Assembly: GCA_051599415.1 (NCBI GenBank)
Contig: AP039702.1
Span: 124,001-188,000 of the forward strand
Source: Savitreella phatthalungensis
Taxonomy: Eukaryota
Direction: 5' to 3'
Length of the DNA stretch: 64,000 nt
Positions 13,472-24,347 of the stretch are shown one piece after another (positions within the stretch are counted from its first letter, which is position 1; each line of letters begins with the position of its first letter). Made by a program: the position numbers and the translations under genes. The notes beneath the pieces were generated by a model that saw only the letters and a program-made list of their open reading frames with translations, made no database searches and was not told the origin of the DNA.

Positions 13472-14474
13472 GATCAAGTGTAAGGCGAGAGAAAGTTGAA
13501 GCAGTGAGTAATATCTTGTCAAGTTTGACAATAGAGTTCAGACAGTCTGTCTGTCTGGCTGGTCAGTGGATGGGTGGGTGTATTGGTCGGTCCAGTGATA
13601 CAGTTCCGGAGTGAGTAGGGAAGAAGACTGTTGGCACGCGTGGGGGTTTGTGGGTGCATAGGTGGATGAAGTGAAAGTGAGTATGAGTGAGTGATCGAGT
13701 GGGTTTGTGGAAGGACGATGCAGCAGCTGGCAGTGAAAGATGGAGTTGAATGGGTAAACCCGTGTACGATCCAGTCAGGTATAAGATAGTAATGTTACAG
13801 TCTAATAAATCTGTGCATTTGTGGTACTGGATATTCCTAATTAATCCTATATGTAACACTTGATCCATTCTTAAATTCGATCCTTACCCAGCTGGTATAT
13901 ACATATGACTCTGAGACTACAGGATCTAGGCTACCAGAATAATTATACAGCTAGAGCTTTGGAAGAGTTCCTTCTTCTACCGCTGACAGTAGGAAGCTCA
14001 GACCTGTAGGCATCGGCGGGATTTCAAAGGACTTTCTCGGGCTAGACCAATTGCATATGAAATTGCCCGAGAGCTATTTTCTCCTGCAGTGAATCAGCCA
14101 AAGTAACTGGAGTCGAAGCGAGTTTGCCTAATTGAGTAATCCATTCTGGACAGGGAGAATCGAATATTCAGATGTATGATTGATTTGAATGAATTTCGTG
14201 GGTGATATCGGGAGGAAGAAGATATGCATTTGCATGCGCATGTGGGATCAGGTGAACGGCAGAGATAGTACATGTATACCGTGCAATTGTGCATATGCTT
14301 GCTCACATAGCCCTAGCTCTATAACCCGTTCTCGAAGACAGGCTTGCAGGACATGATTGACTATGCATAGTAATGCGCTCGATAGTCAGAGGAAGAAAGC
14401 AAATTAGTAATGAGCATTATCGCGAAACACTAAGAAATACACGATCTCAAAGGACAATCCTTGTCCTGTATTGC

Positions 14475-15530
14475 TTACGCAGCTGCAGCCTTTGCTTGCT
14501 GCTCTCCGTCCAAATGTTTGAATGCTTCCGCAGATTCGTTCGAGTCGACTGCCATGCTGTCAAACTCGCTCGTCACCATGCGCTCGAGCTTGGCTGCACG
14601 TGTTGGGGCGTTAATGCTGGATAGATCCATTTTGCGCTCGGGATTTGAGCCTGTAGCGGACTGAGACGACTGCGGGGGGAGTTCTGACTTCTGGGCGCTC
14701 CTGTCCGCTTCTGCGCGCTGCAGGACAGCCAGTGATTCTGAAGGATTCGGACCACTTCCCTGAACAAACTTGTATTGGCCGGACTGTGCTTTTGCTGACT
14801 CTGTACCTTCAGAGTTCTTTGCGCCCTGCTCGTTCTTCTCTTTCTGCTCTCGCATGTGTTCCAAGTAGCGCTGTGAGTATCTGACGCAGCCTTCTGGGTC
14901 GTTTCGAAGCTCAATGATCTGCTCCTGGTTGACGCGACGGTTGAGATCCTGCAGCTGGGCATCTGGGATCGTGCTTGCAAACAGCTTCAGCCCTGACATT
15001 CCGCTCCACTTCTTCATTGCGGGACTGACATTCAATGCCAACCTGAGCGGAAGGCTTGCCGCGTTCGGAATCATCTCGCTGACTGCCAGTGCATACAGTT
15101 CCGTGTCGAGTGAGGCAGCTGTGTGTGACTGGTACGGCGCAGCGAAGATGTGGCTGATCTTCCCGTCTCCCGTGCCTACGTAAGACGTCAAAATCATGTC
15201 TCTGACAGTCATTCTGCGAGCGCTGAAGTTTGGTCGAAGAGAAAAGAGCACATCAAGTGTACCAAGCCGATCCGCGTTGTCGATCGCCTGGAAGTATAGC
15301 TCTTCGAGTGAATGACTGTACACGATTTCCGACACAGCTTTGAAGTTTTTGTCAAAGACCTTATAATGCAGCAATGGCGAGTCCTTGAAGTGCTCATGGG
15401 TATTGCCAGTCGGCTGTGGAGCATACACTCCGCTTTCACCGCGCACTAGCTTGAGCGTCTCTTGTGCAGCCTCAACGGCTTTCCGCACAGTCGTGCTGTC
15501 AGATCTGGTCTGCGATGCTGACTTCTGCAT
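14475..15530 (-). CDS. Hypothetical protein, 351 aa
   Basis: Long ATG-initiated ORF with protein-like composition; no family recognised. Confidence 0.65.
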   Translation of the reverse strand: MQKSASQTRSDSTTVRKAVEAAQETLKLVRGESGVYAPQPTGNTHEHFKDSPLLHYKVFDKNFKAVSEIVYSHSLEELYFQAIDNADRLGTLDVLFSLRPNFSARRMTVRDMILTSYVGTGDGKISHIFAAPYQSHTAASLDTELYALAVSEMIPNAASLPLRLALNVSPAMKKWSGMSGLKLFASTIPDAQLQDLNRRVNQEQIIELRNDPEGCVRYSQRYLEHMREQKEKNEQGAKNSEGTESAKAQSGQYKFVQGSGPNPSESLAVLQRAEADRSAQKSELPPQSSQSATGSNPERKMDLSSINAPTRAAKLERMVTSEFDSMAVDSNESAEAFKHLDGEQQAKAAAA

Positions 15531-15995
15531 CTTTGTGTATGTCGCTGGTCGTCTCGCTTGCGGTACTGTCGCAGAGTCAATTCTGTCAGTCGTTTCTGGG
15601 AAGTTGTGGAGACGCTGTCAACGGTGAACCTTGGTGACCCTTGGGATCCTGTGGAGGGGAGGCTGGCTGTAGAATCAGAGGCGAGCGCGGGGTGCTTGAT
15701 TTTCCTTGGTAACTCCGAGCAAGTATATATTCTTGCATGAGGTCAATTGCTCTAACTCAATTGATCAGATCGATCAATGCCATCGGCCGATTGACGTCTC
15801 GAGTCCAAGCATGTGAAGGGGAATAAACACAATATCAATGAATGACGTAGTCTAGACATTAAATAATGGAGCTCAAAATGTCGATTTTCAGCATATATGA
15901 CTGCCTTTAAGTGTCAAAGCCTAAATTTCGCCAATCGAATGCACGTAGAGTGAGAAATACAATAATTCCTCACCACAAGCACGATTAGACATCTA

Positions 15996-16027
15996 AAGTC
16001 GAAACACGTAAAATTGATCACCTTTAA
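15996..16027 (+). repeat. Left terminal inverted repeat
   Basis: AAGTCGAAACACGTAAAATTGATCACCTTTAA; matches the reverse complement of 17884-17915 at 28/32 positions. Confidence 0.9.
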
Positions 16028-16104
16028 CTTCGCGCAGAAAATAAAGACGCGTCGAACACGTCACCACCTGCCTTCAGAGCAGCCTACTGCCTCCTACAGC
16101 GCCT

Positions 16105-17871
16105 ATGGACGCATTCTATCGCAAGGCATGCCTCCAGGCAGCCTTGAACCACTACGCTGCTTGAAGAGACGGCCAGAAACCGTCTCTTTGTGATGCTGCA
16201 GCAGAGTATAGCGTTTCACCCAGCACTTTGAGGCATCGGCTACTGAACGGCAATAGGACTGCCTCAGAGGCTGCCAGAGAGCGCCAAAAGCTGACAGAAT
16301 CACAGGAGAAGGCTCTGGTAGACATGCTGCACAGAAGGTCTGCAGTAGGCTATCCTATGACTCCTGGGGAGGTCACTAGCCTAGCAGACAAATTTTTTGA
16401 AGCTCGCGGCAGCACAGTGCACCTCGGAATGCGCTGGTTTCCTTCCTTCAAATTACGCCATCCTGACATCCACACAGTGCGCAGCAATTGCATCGACCAC
16501 AGCCGCATGTACGCGGTGGATTCAGCTACTGTGGAGGCCTATTTCAAGATCCTAGGCACCTATCTTCAAGGGGAAGCGATCCTGCCTGAGGATGTGTGGA
16601 ATGCTGACAAATCTGGCCTCATGATGGGCCGTTCCCAGTCCTCCCAGGTGGTGGTTCCACTGCTGCAGAAGGGTAAGAAGCGCGCTGTGGCAGCAGACAA
16701 TGGAGATCGCGAAAGAGTCAGCTGTATAGCCTGTGTTTCTGCTGCAGGTGCCCATTTACAACCAGTTCTGGTGTTCAGGCGCACTCAGGCGAAGAGGGAG
16801 GCCTGTGGAAAGGCTGTGGAGGCTGGGCTGGCGCCTCCTGACGAGGCAAAGTACCTAGGCACGCCTGGAAACGCTGTACGCGTGTTTCACTCGAAAAACG
16901 GCTTCCTCACGTCCCAGTTAATCGTCCAGTGGCTACAGGAGGTCTTCCTGCCTGCCACAGCACAAGATCCACCGAGGACGCGCGTCCTAGTGATCAATGG
17001 CGCCTGCGCTCACGCCACGCACAAGGTCATGTACGAATGCGCGAAAAATGGCGTCAAACTGGTTTATCTGCCTGCCCACAGCTCCCACCTCACACAGCCG
17101 CTCAACCTAGCCGTGTTCTCGCCTTTGAAGAACTACTATGGGCAGGCAGTGAAGGTACTCAGCCGCAGGCTAGCTGGCAGACCCTGGGGGCGCGAAGAAT
17201 TCATCTCGATCTTTCTCGGCGCCTGGCAGAAGGCGCTGAACCGCCAGAACATCACCTCTGGCTTCAGACAAGGAGGTATCTGGCCCTATGACCCACAGGC
17301 GGTGCGCCAAAGCGTGCTCTCCTACAACAATTCAGTCAAACCTGCCTCGGAAGCTGCGAAAAGGCCAGAAAGGCCTGCCTTGGCCACCCTGACCACTCAT
17401 GCAGCCAATACACTGCCCAAAACGGTCAAAGCGACACGCGCAACACTGCAGGCAGCTGGAAAAGAGCAATATGCAGTGCTAGAGCTAGCACTCGAAGAGA
17501 ACGCGCGAAAAGATCGCCTCATTGATGAACTTAGGACTACTGCAGAGCAGCTCCAGTTCATGATCGCCGATAGGGACGAGACTATAGCAGCCCTGCAGGC
17601 CAAGGCCTTGCGTCCTAGGGCAGCCTTCAAGGCACAGCAGCTGGCTAGAGGAGTGGACTGGCTAAAAAGCTTACTCGGCGAAGACTACACAGATATGAGG
17701 TGGCACTGGATCGCAGCAAAGGCGAGGGCTGCTAAAATCGAGCCTAGAGCATGGATAGAGGCACAGGACCAGGCTGCCTTACTTTCAGAGCTAGCGCTGG
17801 TGATTCCATTGAATAGCGAGCAATCTACGGAGAAGGTGTCTTCGAAGAGGCGACAAAAAAAACGTGTGTGA
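16105..17871 (+). pseudogene. Inactivated pogo/Fot1 transposase (HTH_psq + CENP-B-type HTH + DDE_1)
   Basis: ATG 16105 is in frame with ORF 16228..17871 but interrupted by TGA at 16162-16164. Motifs 'WNADKSG', 'VLVINGACAH', 'YLPAHSSHLTQPLNLAVFSPLK' match the family consensus (N.DETG, LL.LDGH.SH, QPLDV..F.PLK) with acidic residues lost. Confidence 0.92.
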
Positions 17872-17883
17872 AATTGATTAATC

Positions 17884-17915
17884 TTAAAGGTGATCAATTC
17901 TAGGTGTAGCGACTT
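17884..17915 (-). repeat. Right terminal inverted repeat
   Basis: Reverse complement AAGTCGCTACACCTAGAATTGATCACCTTTAA, followed by TA. Confidence 0.9.
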
Positions 17916-18852
17916 TAAATTTAAATTCAATTTAGTCGATATTCACACTTTGAAACTGATTTGGTGAAAAGCTAGTCAGATGCGGAACCATCACAGTTTG
18001 ACCGCCAAACTTGAGCAGGTAGCGCTTAAATGAAAACTGTGCAATATCAGCCGACATGCTCACTGTCGCGTTGTCAGTCAACGTGCATCTCTACTTTCTC
18101 CTCATCACGTCGCATTCATAGAGACCCTGGAGGCGTGGTTTTCCAAAGTGATCATCGTAATAAACGGATTGCAATCTCGGCTTCCACGGCACAGTTGTTC
18201 GAGCACATTCACTGGTAGACAGTTCCGAATAATGTGTTTTGCCGTGGCTTCTATGCTTGTGACTGACACAACATTCCGTTGTCAAGGATAGATGATGGTG
18301 GCGACAAGATGGACTTGACGTGAGTTCTACCACCGCTCGTCGTATGAAGTTCTACGCGATTTTTGGTTGATGGTGGATTGGTTGCAAAAGTGTCGTACTT
18401 GTCAAGCATCGAGCTGGTTGAGATTCTTCGATACGATTGCCACTTTCGTGCATATTCATTTGGCATCACATCATTTGTCAAGATTCCTTACCGCACTTGT
18501 CATGCAACGATCTGCCAAATCTGGCTCGTCATTCCAGCAACCACCAAAAACTCCTGAGTTCCTGGGGGAGATAAACTACCTTAAAGCCGCGCCTCATTAA
18601 CAAGCAGTGCGACAAGGATTCACAGCTTGTACCTCGTCTATGCCTCAATTGTCGCAGGTTCAGCACGGACCACGCGGCTTTCGAGAGTGATTGTGCCTGT
18701 CCTTAGGCGACTGTCGATGCATAACTCCACCGGTCTCGGTATCATAATCCTCTTCTGTGCGACGATTCTCATCTCCTAGCGCCAGTTGCGCGAATGTCAA
18801 ATCGAATCATGGTCCCATTCAACCACAGACCATTCGCCGAGCGCTGAATTAC

Positions 18853-20703
18853 ATGAAACAGTCATCCAGCCCTCACGCCAGCATCAGTAGCGTGCGCGGC
18901 CCTGGTGCACCCGAGCGCCGCGCCTCGCTAGCGGACGGGATTGAGCTGAAATCACAGAGTCCTCTCTCGCGCGACGCTGATCACAAGAACGCAGGAAAGC
19001 CACAAATCGATGCACTACCGGTCGCAGAGGGAGAATCTGCCATGGTGGTCGCTGAAGGTATAGCACAAGGATGCGACCTCTCGCAGATGACGGCGCGTGA
19101 TTCACAAGGCACGACCACTCCAGCCAGCGGCGTCATCTCACTGCACGAGAAGCTTACCAAAGCACAGAAGATGTCATTGACATTGCTAGTGGCGATCACA
19201 AGTACATTTTCGCCCATGTCAGCAGTCATGTATGTGCCAGCGATTCCCACGATCGCAAACGACCTCAATAAGAGTATCGCCGCTATCAATCTAAGTGTCA
19301 CTAGCTACATGCTCTTTCAAGGTGTCAGTCCATCTATCTGGGGCTCGTTGACAGATGTCCTTGGTCGGCGGCCAATCTATTTAATCACGTTCGTGGTTTA
19401 CCTGAGTGCTTGCCTCGGCCTAGCTTTCACCACTAATTACGCGGAGCTGATTGTTTTCCGCTGTCTGCAGTCAACAGGCTCAGCTAGTACAATAGCTATC
19501 GGTGCAGGCGTCATTGGCGACATAACAAACCGAAAAGAACGTGGTGGCTATATTGGAATCTATTCAGCCGGAACGCTCGTCGGCAATGCTATTGGTCCCA
19601 TCCTGGGTGGCATCTTTGCACAGACCGTTGGCTGGCATGGAATTTTCTACTTTCTTGTGGCAGCTGCAGGCTTATTCGCAATTTTGCTCCTCCTCATTCT
19701 GCCGGAGACGTTACCATCCAAGCGACCTGTTGCGGGCCAGGATCGAGTCAACATTCTGTCTCGTCCGCTGTTCCCGCTGATAGACACAACGATTGATCCG
19801 GCCTCTATTGTCATGCTTCCATCAGACCTGAAACGTCCAAAGGTAGATATCTTTGGGCCTATTCGGATCATGTTCCATTTGCAAGTGTTCCTCGGTCTGA
19901 CATTCACGGCACTGTACTATCTAGTGTGGCAAGCGTCATTGGTGGCGCTATCGTCGCAGCTGCAAAGACAGTATGGCTTCACCGAGATTCAGATCGGCTT
20001 GGCTTTCATCGCAAACGGCGTCGGTTCAGTGGCCGCATCACTCGTCACGGGGAAGATCCTCAATCACGATTACTTGGTTCAGAAAGCTGCGGAAGAGAAG
20101 ATCTTGAGGGAAGCAGAGCAGAAGAGGCAGGCGAAGCAGCAGACAAGCTTGGACGCTACTGACTCACATGCCAGTACAGGACCTCACGCTGGCCCAACAA
20201 GGTCGCGATCTGTGATCGAGGTTCAGAACATCGAGAAGGCGCGATTGAAGCGGATCCCGCTTGCAGCGCTGGTTTTTATCGGCACTGCGTTTGCATTTGG
20301 CTGGTGTCTTGAGACTCGGGCGTTTGTCGGCTTGCCAATCATTTGGACTTTCTGCATCAGTTTCTGCGCACTGATTGTCATGGCTTCCTTCTCAACCATC
20401 ATCGTAGACTGGTATCCAGGCTCGGGTGCAAGCGCTACAGCAGCGATGAACTTGGCGAGGTGCGTTCTCGGCGCTGGCGGTGTCGCCGTCGTCCAGCCGA
20501 TGATTGATCGTATTGGCGTTGGTTGGACCTTTAGCACCGGAGGGTTCATCTGCGTCGCTTGTCTACCGATGGTCTGGCTGATCGAGCGAATGGCCAGCAA
20601 TCGTTTAAAGCGTGCTGTGCGAGCAGCAAATGACACGGAGTGTGCTGACGCCAATCCAGCCAACGTACAGCAGCAGACGGAGTCGAGCAACATCAAGAAC
20701 TGA
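18853..20703 (+). CDS. MFS drug:H+ antiporter (DHA1/QDR-like)
   Basis: 'MYVPAIPTIA.DL', 'INLSVTSYMLFQG', 'DVLGRRP', 'GAGVIGDI...ERG', 'LPET', about 12 TMs. First ATG at 18853. Confidence 0.92.
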   Translation: MKQSSSPHASISSVRGPGAPERRASLADGIELKSQSPLSRDADHKNAGKPQIDALPVAEGESAMVVAEGIAQGCDLSQMTARDSQGTTTPASGVISLHEKLTKAQKMSLTLLVAITSTFSPMSAVMYVPAIPTIANDLNKSIAAINLSVTSYMLFQGVSPSIWGSLTDVLGRRPIYLITFVVYLSACLGLAFTTNYAELIVFRCLQSTGSASTIAIGAGVIGDITNRKERGGYIGIYSAGTLVGNAIGPILGGIFAQTVGWHGIFYFLVAAAGLFAILLLLILPETLPSKRPVAGQDRVNILSRPLFPLIDTTIDPASIVMLPSDLKRPKVDIFGPIRIMFHLQVFLGLTFTALYYLVWQASLVALSSQLQRQYGFTEIQIGLAFIANGVGSVAASLVTGKILNHDYLVQKAAEEKILREAEQKRQAKQQTSLDATDSHASTGPHAGPTRSRSVIEVQNIEKARLKRIPLAALVFIGTAFAFGWCLETRAFVGLPIIWTFCISFCALIVMASFSTIIVDWYPGSGASATAAMNLARCVLGAGGVAVVQPMIDRIGVGWTFSTGGFICVACLPMVWLIERMASNRLKRAVRAANDTECADANPANVQQQTESSNIKN

Positions 20704-21696
20704 ATTGTGGCACGACAGTGCGCAAGATACAACGTAGTCAAGACGAGCTCGGCGGACAGCGGAGCCAATCTCGAAAGCAACATACAAAGACACGAGGGCC
20801 AAAGATACTGGCAAAGGACAATGTGAACGACATATGAGGAAAAGAGACGAATACGAGCATTTTTTGGTAATATCATCTTTAAATATGTAATTTCGGCACA
20901 GCAATTTGTAGATCGTCGTTCGGCCATAATAGCATCTCGACATCGTGGCCTGCATCTTCTGGCGACATTCGGAAGCAGAGATGCAAGTGCAGATACAAGT
21001 ACACGTGTAATCAGTGCCTGACGAAATGCTCAACCCCGATGATCATGAAGTCATGATCTATATGTCGATAAACCACGGGACAAATGCGTGCTAGCATGAT
21101 GACTAGAGATCGTGGTTCGAATCGGCCTGAACCGATGGATATGTCCGACAGATCCGAAGGCGATCCGTTTGCTGTTGAGTACTTTGAACTCACTGAGCCA
21201 GGCACAGCACGGGATGCATGAGTCTGAGGTAGTCGCACGCTGCGCGGGTGAGGGTTGAGTGCTGCAGACAGGGACTAATGGGAGCGTGGAAGATGCGCGG
21301 GGCCGAGCCGAGGCCACCTCCCGAGCTCTCCAGGTTTTGCAGAAATCATACCTCGGATACACCTCGATCAGAAGAGACCGATGACGGAGAGCTTCCGAAT
21401 TCACAGCTGTTAGCTAGAATTAATTGAATATGGGTTCGGAGAAATCGGGCAGAGTTATGGACACATTCCATATGGATATTTATGCACGCTCAACCGATCA
21501 ACAGAACAATTTAATTACACCAAACAGCCGGAAGAACTGGCTTCTCGATTCAATGGAGAATTCTTGCACAGGAAAATGACAGAGCGAATGATGTATGTAG
21601 TATGATAGAGACGGAAGCTCCACACAATCTATTTCCAACATTCACTCCACCTACACCGACCTCCGGTCCTATCGAGTGAATTGGCCGATAGAGAAA

Positions 21697-21732
21697 ATTG
21701 ATATAAGCGAGAGCATTGATATAAGCGAGAGC
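21697..21732 (+). repeat. Perfect 18 bp tandem duplication (ATTGATATAAGCGAGAGC)x2
   Basis: Seen directly in the AT-rich region upstream of CAT2. Confidence 0.85.
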
Positions 21733-22314
21733 ATTAGCTTGATGTATCTGATCCTCAGAAATGTTCAAACAATAAGCATAGCTATAGGAAGTAAATCGGT
21801 GAATGTAAAGTAAATTTAGTTTTCTTGAATATTCAATTGAATTTAATTGCTTCTGATGGGCAACATCAACGACATTTGCGTGTGCGTACGATGACTGCTT
21901 TCCAATCTGTGAATGCTCCATGAATTGTATTGTATGCTGGCTCGACCTGATCAAACTCCAGACGGTCAAATCAAGGTCAGAATTTGTGCGGCTGTGGAGT
22001 GCATTGACTTCTAACTCATCTATCCATAACCATGGAAGGTCAACAGGATTCTGGAGTCCGAGTGAACAGGCGCCGACTCCGCACTCTCCCGTAACAGCCA
22101 TTCAGTCACTCACTCACTTACTCACGCACACCAACACACTCACCACCACTCCACTGGATCTACCCAGCAAGCGCTCTACGCACTCAAATCAGCACTCAGC
22201 TCCCTGTCTCCTCAAAGTCCACAACGTATAGATTCAGCTTTCGTCTCGACTCGACGTGCTCCAGGGGATAGTAGCACGTAGAATCATTCCCAATTGATCT
22301 CTTACGGTTGCCAT

Positions 22315-24210
22315 ATGCTCTCTAGACTGTCTGCAAGGTCTGCACTTCTGAGAACCTCTAGAATCATGGCACCAACCGCACAAGCCCAGAAACGCGCAAA
22401 CTCAGGCGTCCCAGCACCTTACAAGGAGGACTCCTCCAAAGGACCAATGCTTCGTTGGCAAGAGTCCTTGCCAAAGCTTCCAGTGCCACCGCTTGAGAAG
22501 ACAGCAGAACGATACATCAGGTCTCTGGAAGCGATTCTCAAGCCAGACGAGCTTGCACGCTCAAAAGAAGCCGTCGCAAAATTCCTCCAGACAGAAGGTC
22601 CAGAGCTTCAGCAAAAGCTGATCGAGCGATCAAAGCGACCGGACGTCAAGAATTGGTTGACGGAATGGTGGGACTACAACGCTTACATGGCTTACCGTGA
22701 CCCGGTCGTCATCAATGTTTCATACTTCTACTCCCACAAGGACGACAGGCAGCGTCGCAATAACGCAGCACGCGCTGCCGCGCTCTCTACAGCCGCACTC
22801 GCTTTCCGCAAGCAAGTCGTCGAGGGCACACTTGAGCCGGAATACATGAAGAAGTTGCCGATCTGCATGGACAGCTACCAGTACATGTGGAATTGCTCAC
22901 GTCTCCCGATCAAGGAGGCAGACTACGTCAAGAAGTACTCCTACGACGGCGACAACCAGTTCATTCTTGCCATGCGCAAGGGACGCTTCTTTAAAATTCC
23001 GCACGTTGGCAAGGACGGCAAGCAGCTTTCCACAGCCGACCTGCAGGCTCAGTTCGAGAAGGTTCTCGCTACTGCCACCGAGCCGGCCTCCACCCCAATC
23101 GGTGCTTTGACTTCAGAAAATCGCGACATCTGGCTCGCTGCCCGGGATGAGCTCGTGAAGGACTCTAAAAACGCCAAAGCGCTCGAGGACATTGAGAGGT
23201 CGTCCTTCGTCGTCTGCCTAGATGATGCAAAGCCCGCCACGTACGAAGACCGCGCGAGACAGTACTGGCATGGAGACGGCAAGAACAGATGGTACGACAA
23301 GCCGCTTCACTTCATCGTCAACGAGAACGGTACTTCGGGTTTCCTCGGCGAGCACTCAATGATGGACGGTACCCCGACCCATCGTCTCAACGACTATGTC
23401 TGCGGCGTTCTCAAGGCTGGCAAAGTCGACCATGGCGATGCAACCGCAAAATCAGACCTGTCGACACCCGAGGAGATCACCTTCAACACGACAGACGCAA
23501 CAAAGCAGCACGTGGCTGCTGCTGAGAAACAATTTGCAGAGGTGATCGCATCGCGCGACCTGCGTGTCATGAACTACCAGGGTTTCGGCAAGGGCCTCAT
23601 CAAGAAATTCAAGTCATCCCCGGACTCCTTCGTTCAGATGGTCATTCAGCTCGCATACTACAAGTTCTACGGCATCAACCGGCCAACTTACGAGTCTGCA
23701 GCTACTCGTCGCTTCCAGCACGGACGCACTGAAACGTGTCGTTCGGTCTCGAACGAGAGTGTGGCCTTCTGTGAGACGATGGAATCCGCAACCGCCTCAA
23801 ACGCTGACAAGATTGCCGCTTTCCGCGAGGCGATCAAGTCACACGGCGAGTACATCAACGCCGCCTCTGCAGGCATGGGCGTCGACCGTCACCTGTTCGG
23901 CCTCAAGCAGCTCCTTCCGAAGGGAGCCCCTGTCCCGGAAATCTACAAAGACCCGGCATACGCGTACAGCTGCAAGTGGTTCATCTCTTCCTCACAGCTC
24001 TCTTCAGAGCACTTCAACGGCTACGGTTGGGGCGAGGTCGTCCCGGAAGGCTGGGGCATCGCATACATGATCAACGAAGACTCGCTCAACTTCAACATCG
24101 TCTCCCGCAACCTCGGCTGTGACAAAATGCAACACTACCTCCGGGAAGCAGCAGACGACATGCGTGACGTCCTCTCTACCGAGCTCGCAGCACCAAAAGC
24201 CAAGCTATAG
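22315..24210 (+). CDS. CAT2: Carnitine O-acetyltransferase (mitochondrial/peroxisomal)
   Basis: 'LPKLPVPPL', 'NRWYDKP', catalytic 'EHSMMDG', 'TYESAATRRF.HGRTE', 'GVDRHLFGL'; N-terminal presequence and C-terminal PTS1 AKL. Confidence 0.96.
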   Translation: MLSRLSARSALLRTSRIMAPTAQAQKRANSGVPAPYKEDSSKGPMLRWQESLPKLPVPPLEKTAERYIRSLEAILKPDELARSKEAVAKFLQTEGPELQQKLIERSKRPDVKNWLTEWWDYNAYMAYRDPVVINVSYFYSHKDDRQRRNNAARAAALSTAALAFRKQVVEGTLEPEYMKKLPICMDSYQYMWNCSRLPIKEADYVKKYSYDGDNQFILAMRKGRFFKIPHVGKDGKQLSTADLQAQFEKVLATATEPASTPIGALTSENRDIWLAARDELVKDSKNAKALEDIERSSFVVCLDDAKPATYEDRARQYWHGDGKNRWYDKPLHFIVNENGTSGFLGEHSMMDGTPTHRLNDYVCGVLKAGKVDHGDATAKSDLSTPEEITFNTTDATKQHVAAAEKQFAEVIASRDLRVMNYQGFGKGLIKKFKSSPDSFVQMVIQLAYYKFYGINRPTYESAATRRFQHGRTETCRSVSNESVAFCETMESATASNADKIAAFREAIKSHGEYINAASAGMGVDRHLFGLKQLLPKGAPVPEIYKDPAYAYSCKWFISSSQLSSEHFNGYGWGEVVPEGWGIAYMINEDSLNFNIVSRNLGCDKMQHYLREAADDMRDVLSTELAAPKAKL

Positions 24211-24347
24211 ACCAAAAGCAAATTGCATTCGGCCTTCCAACCACGCATTCCGCTGCTCACACTATACAACTCTTTGACGTAAAATTGTGATTCTCCAATA
24301 CTCATTCAATTGTGCGTGTTCCATCTGAGTCCATGCTTACGGTGATG

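Larger units (their letters stand above)
15996..17915 (+). mobile_element. pogo/Fot1-type (Tc1/mariner superfamily) DNA transposon, 1920 bp
   Basis: 32 bp imperfect TIRs at 15996-16027 and 17884-17915 (28/32 identical), flanked by TA on both sides (15994-15995, 17916-17917), enclosing a transposase gene. Confidence 0.92.

Noticed and set aside
16228..17871. Intact 547 aa transposase or domesticated CENP-B-like gene
   Set aside because: The ORF-track start is a TTG downstream of an in-frame stop, catalytic residues are mutated, and TIRs plus TSD are retained, which fits a dead transposon rather than a domesticated gene.
18030..18600. Short ORFs right of the transposon, including a repeated KPRLQ peptide
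   Set aside because: No coherent frame, start or family motif.
21096..21196. Box C (ATGATGA)...box D (CTGA) snoRNA-like or tRNA-like (GGTTCGAATC) segment
   Set aside because: No T-stem or cloverleaf pairing, a weak terminal stem, no recognisable rRNA guide, and the pre-D region folds on itself. An Rfam or snoscan run would settle it.
21550..22101. 183 aa minus-strand ORF containing a duplicated ALAYIN peptide
   Set aside because: AT-rich promoter-like DNA upstream of CAT2; the peptide repeat simply reflects the 18 bp tandem duplication.
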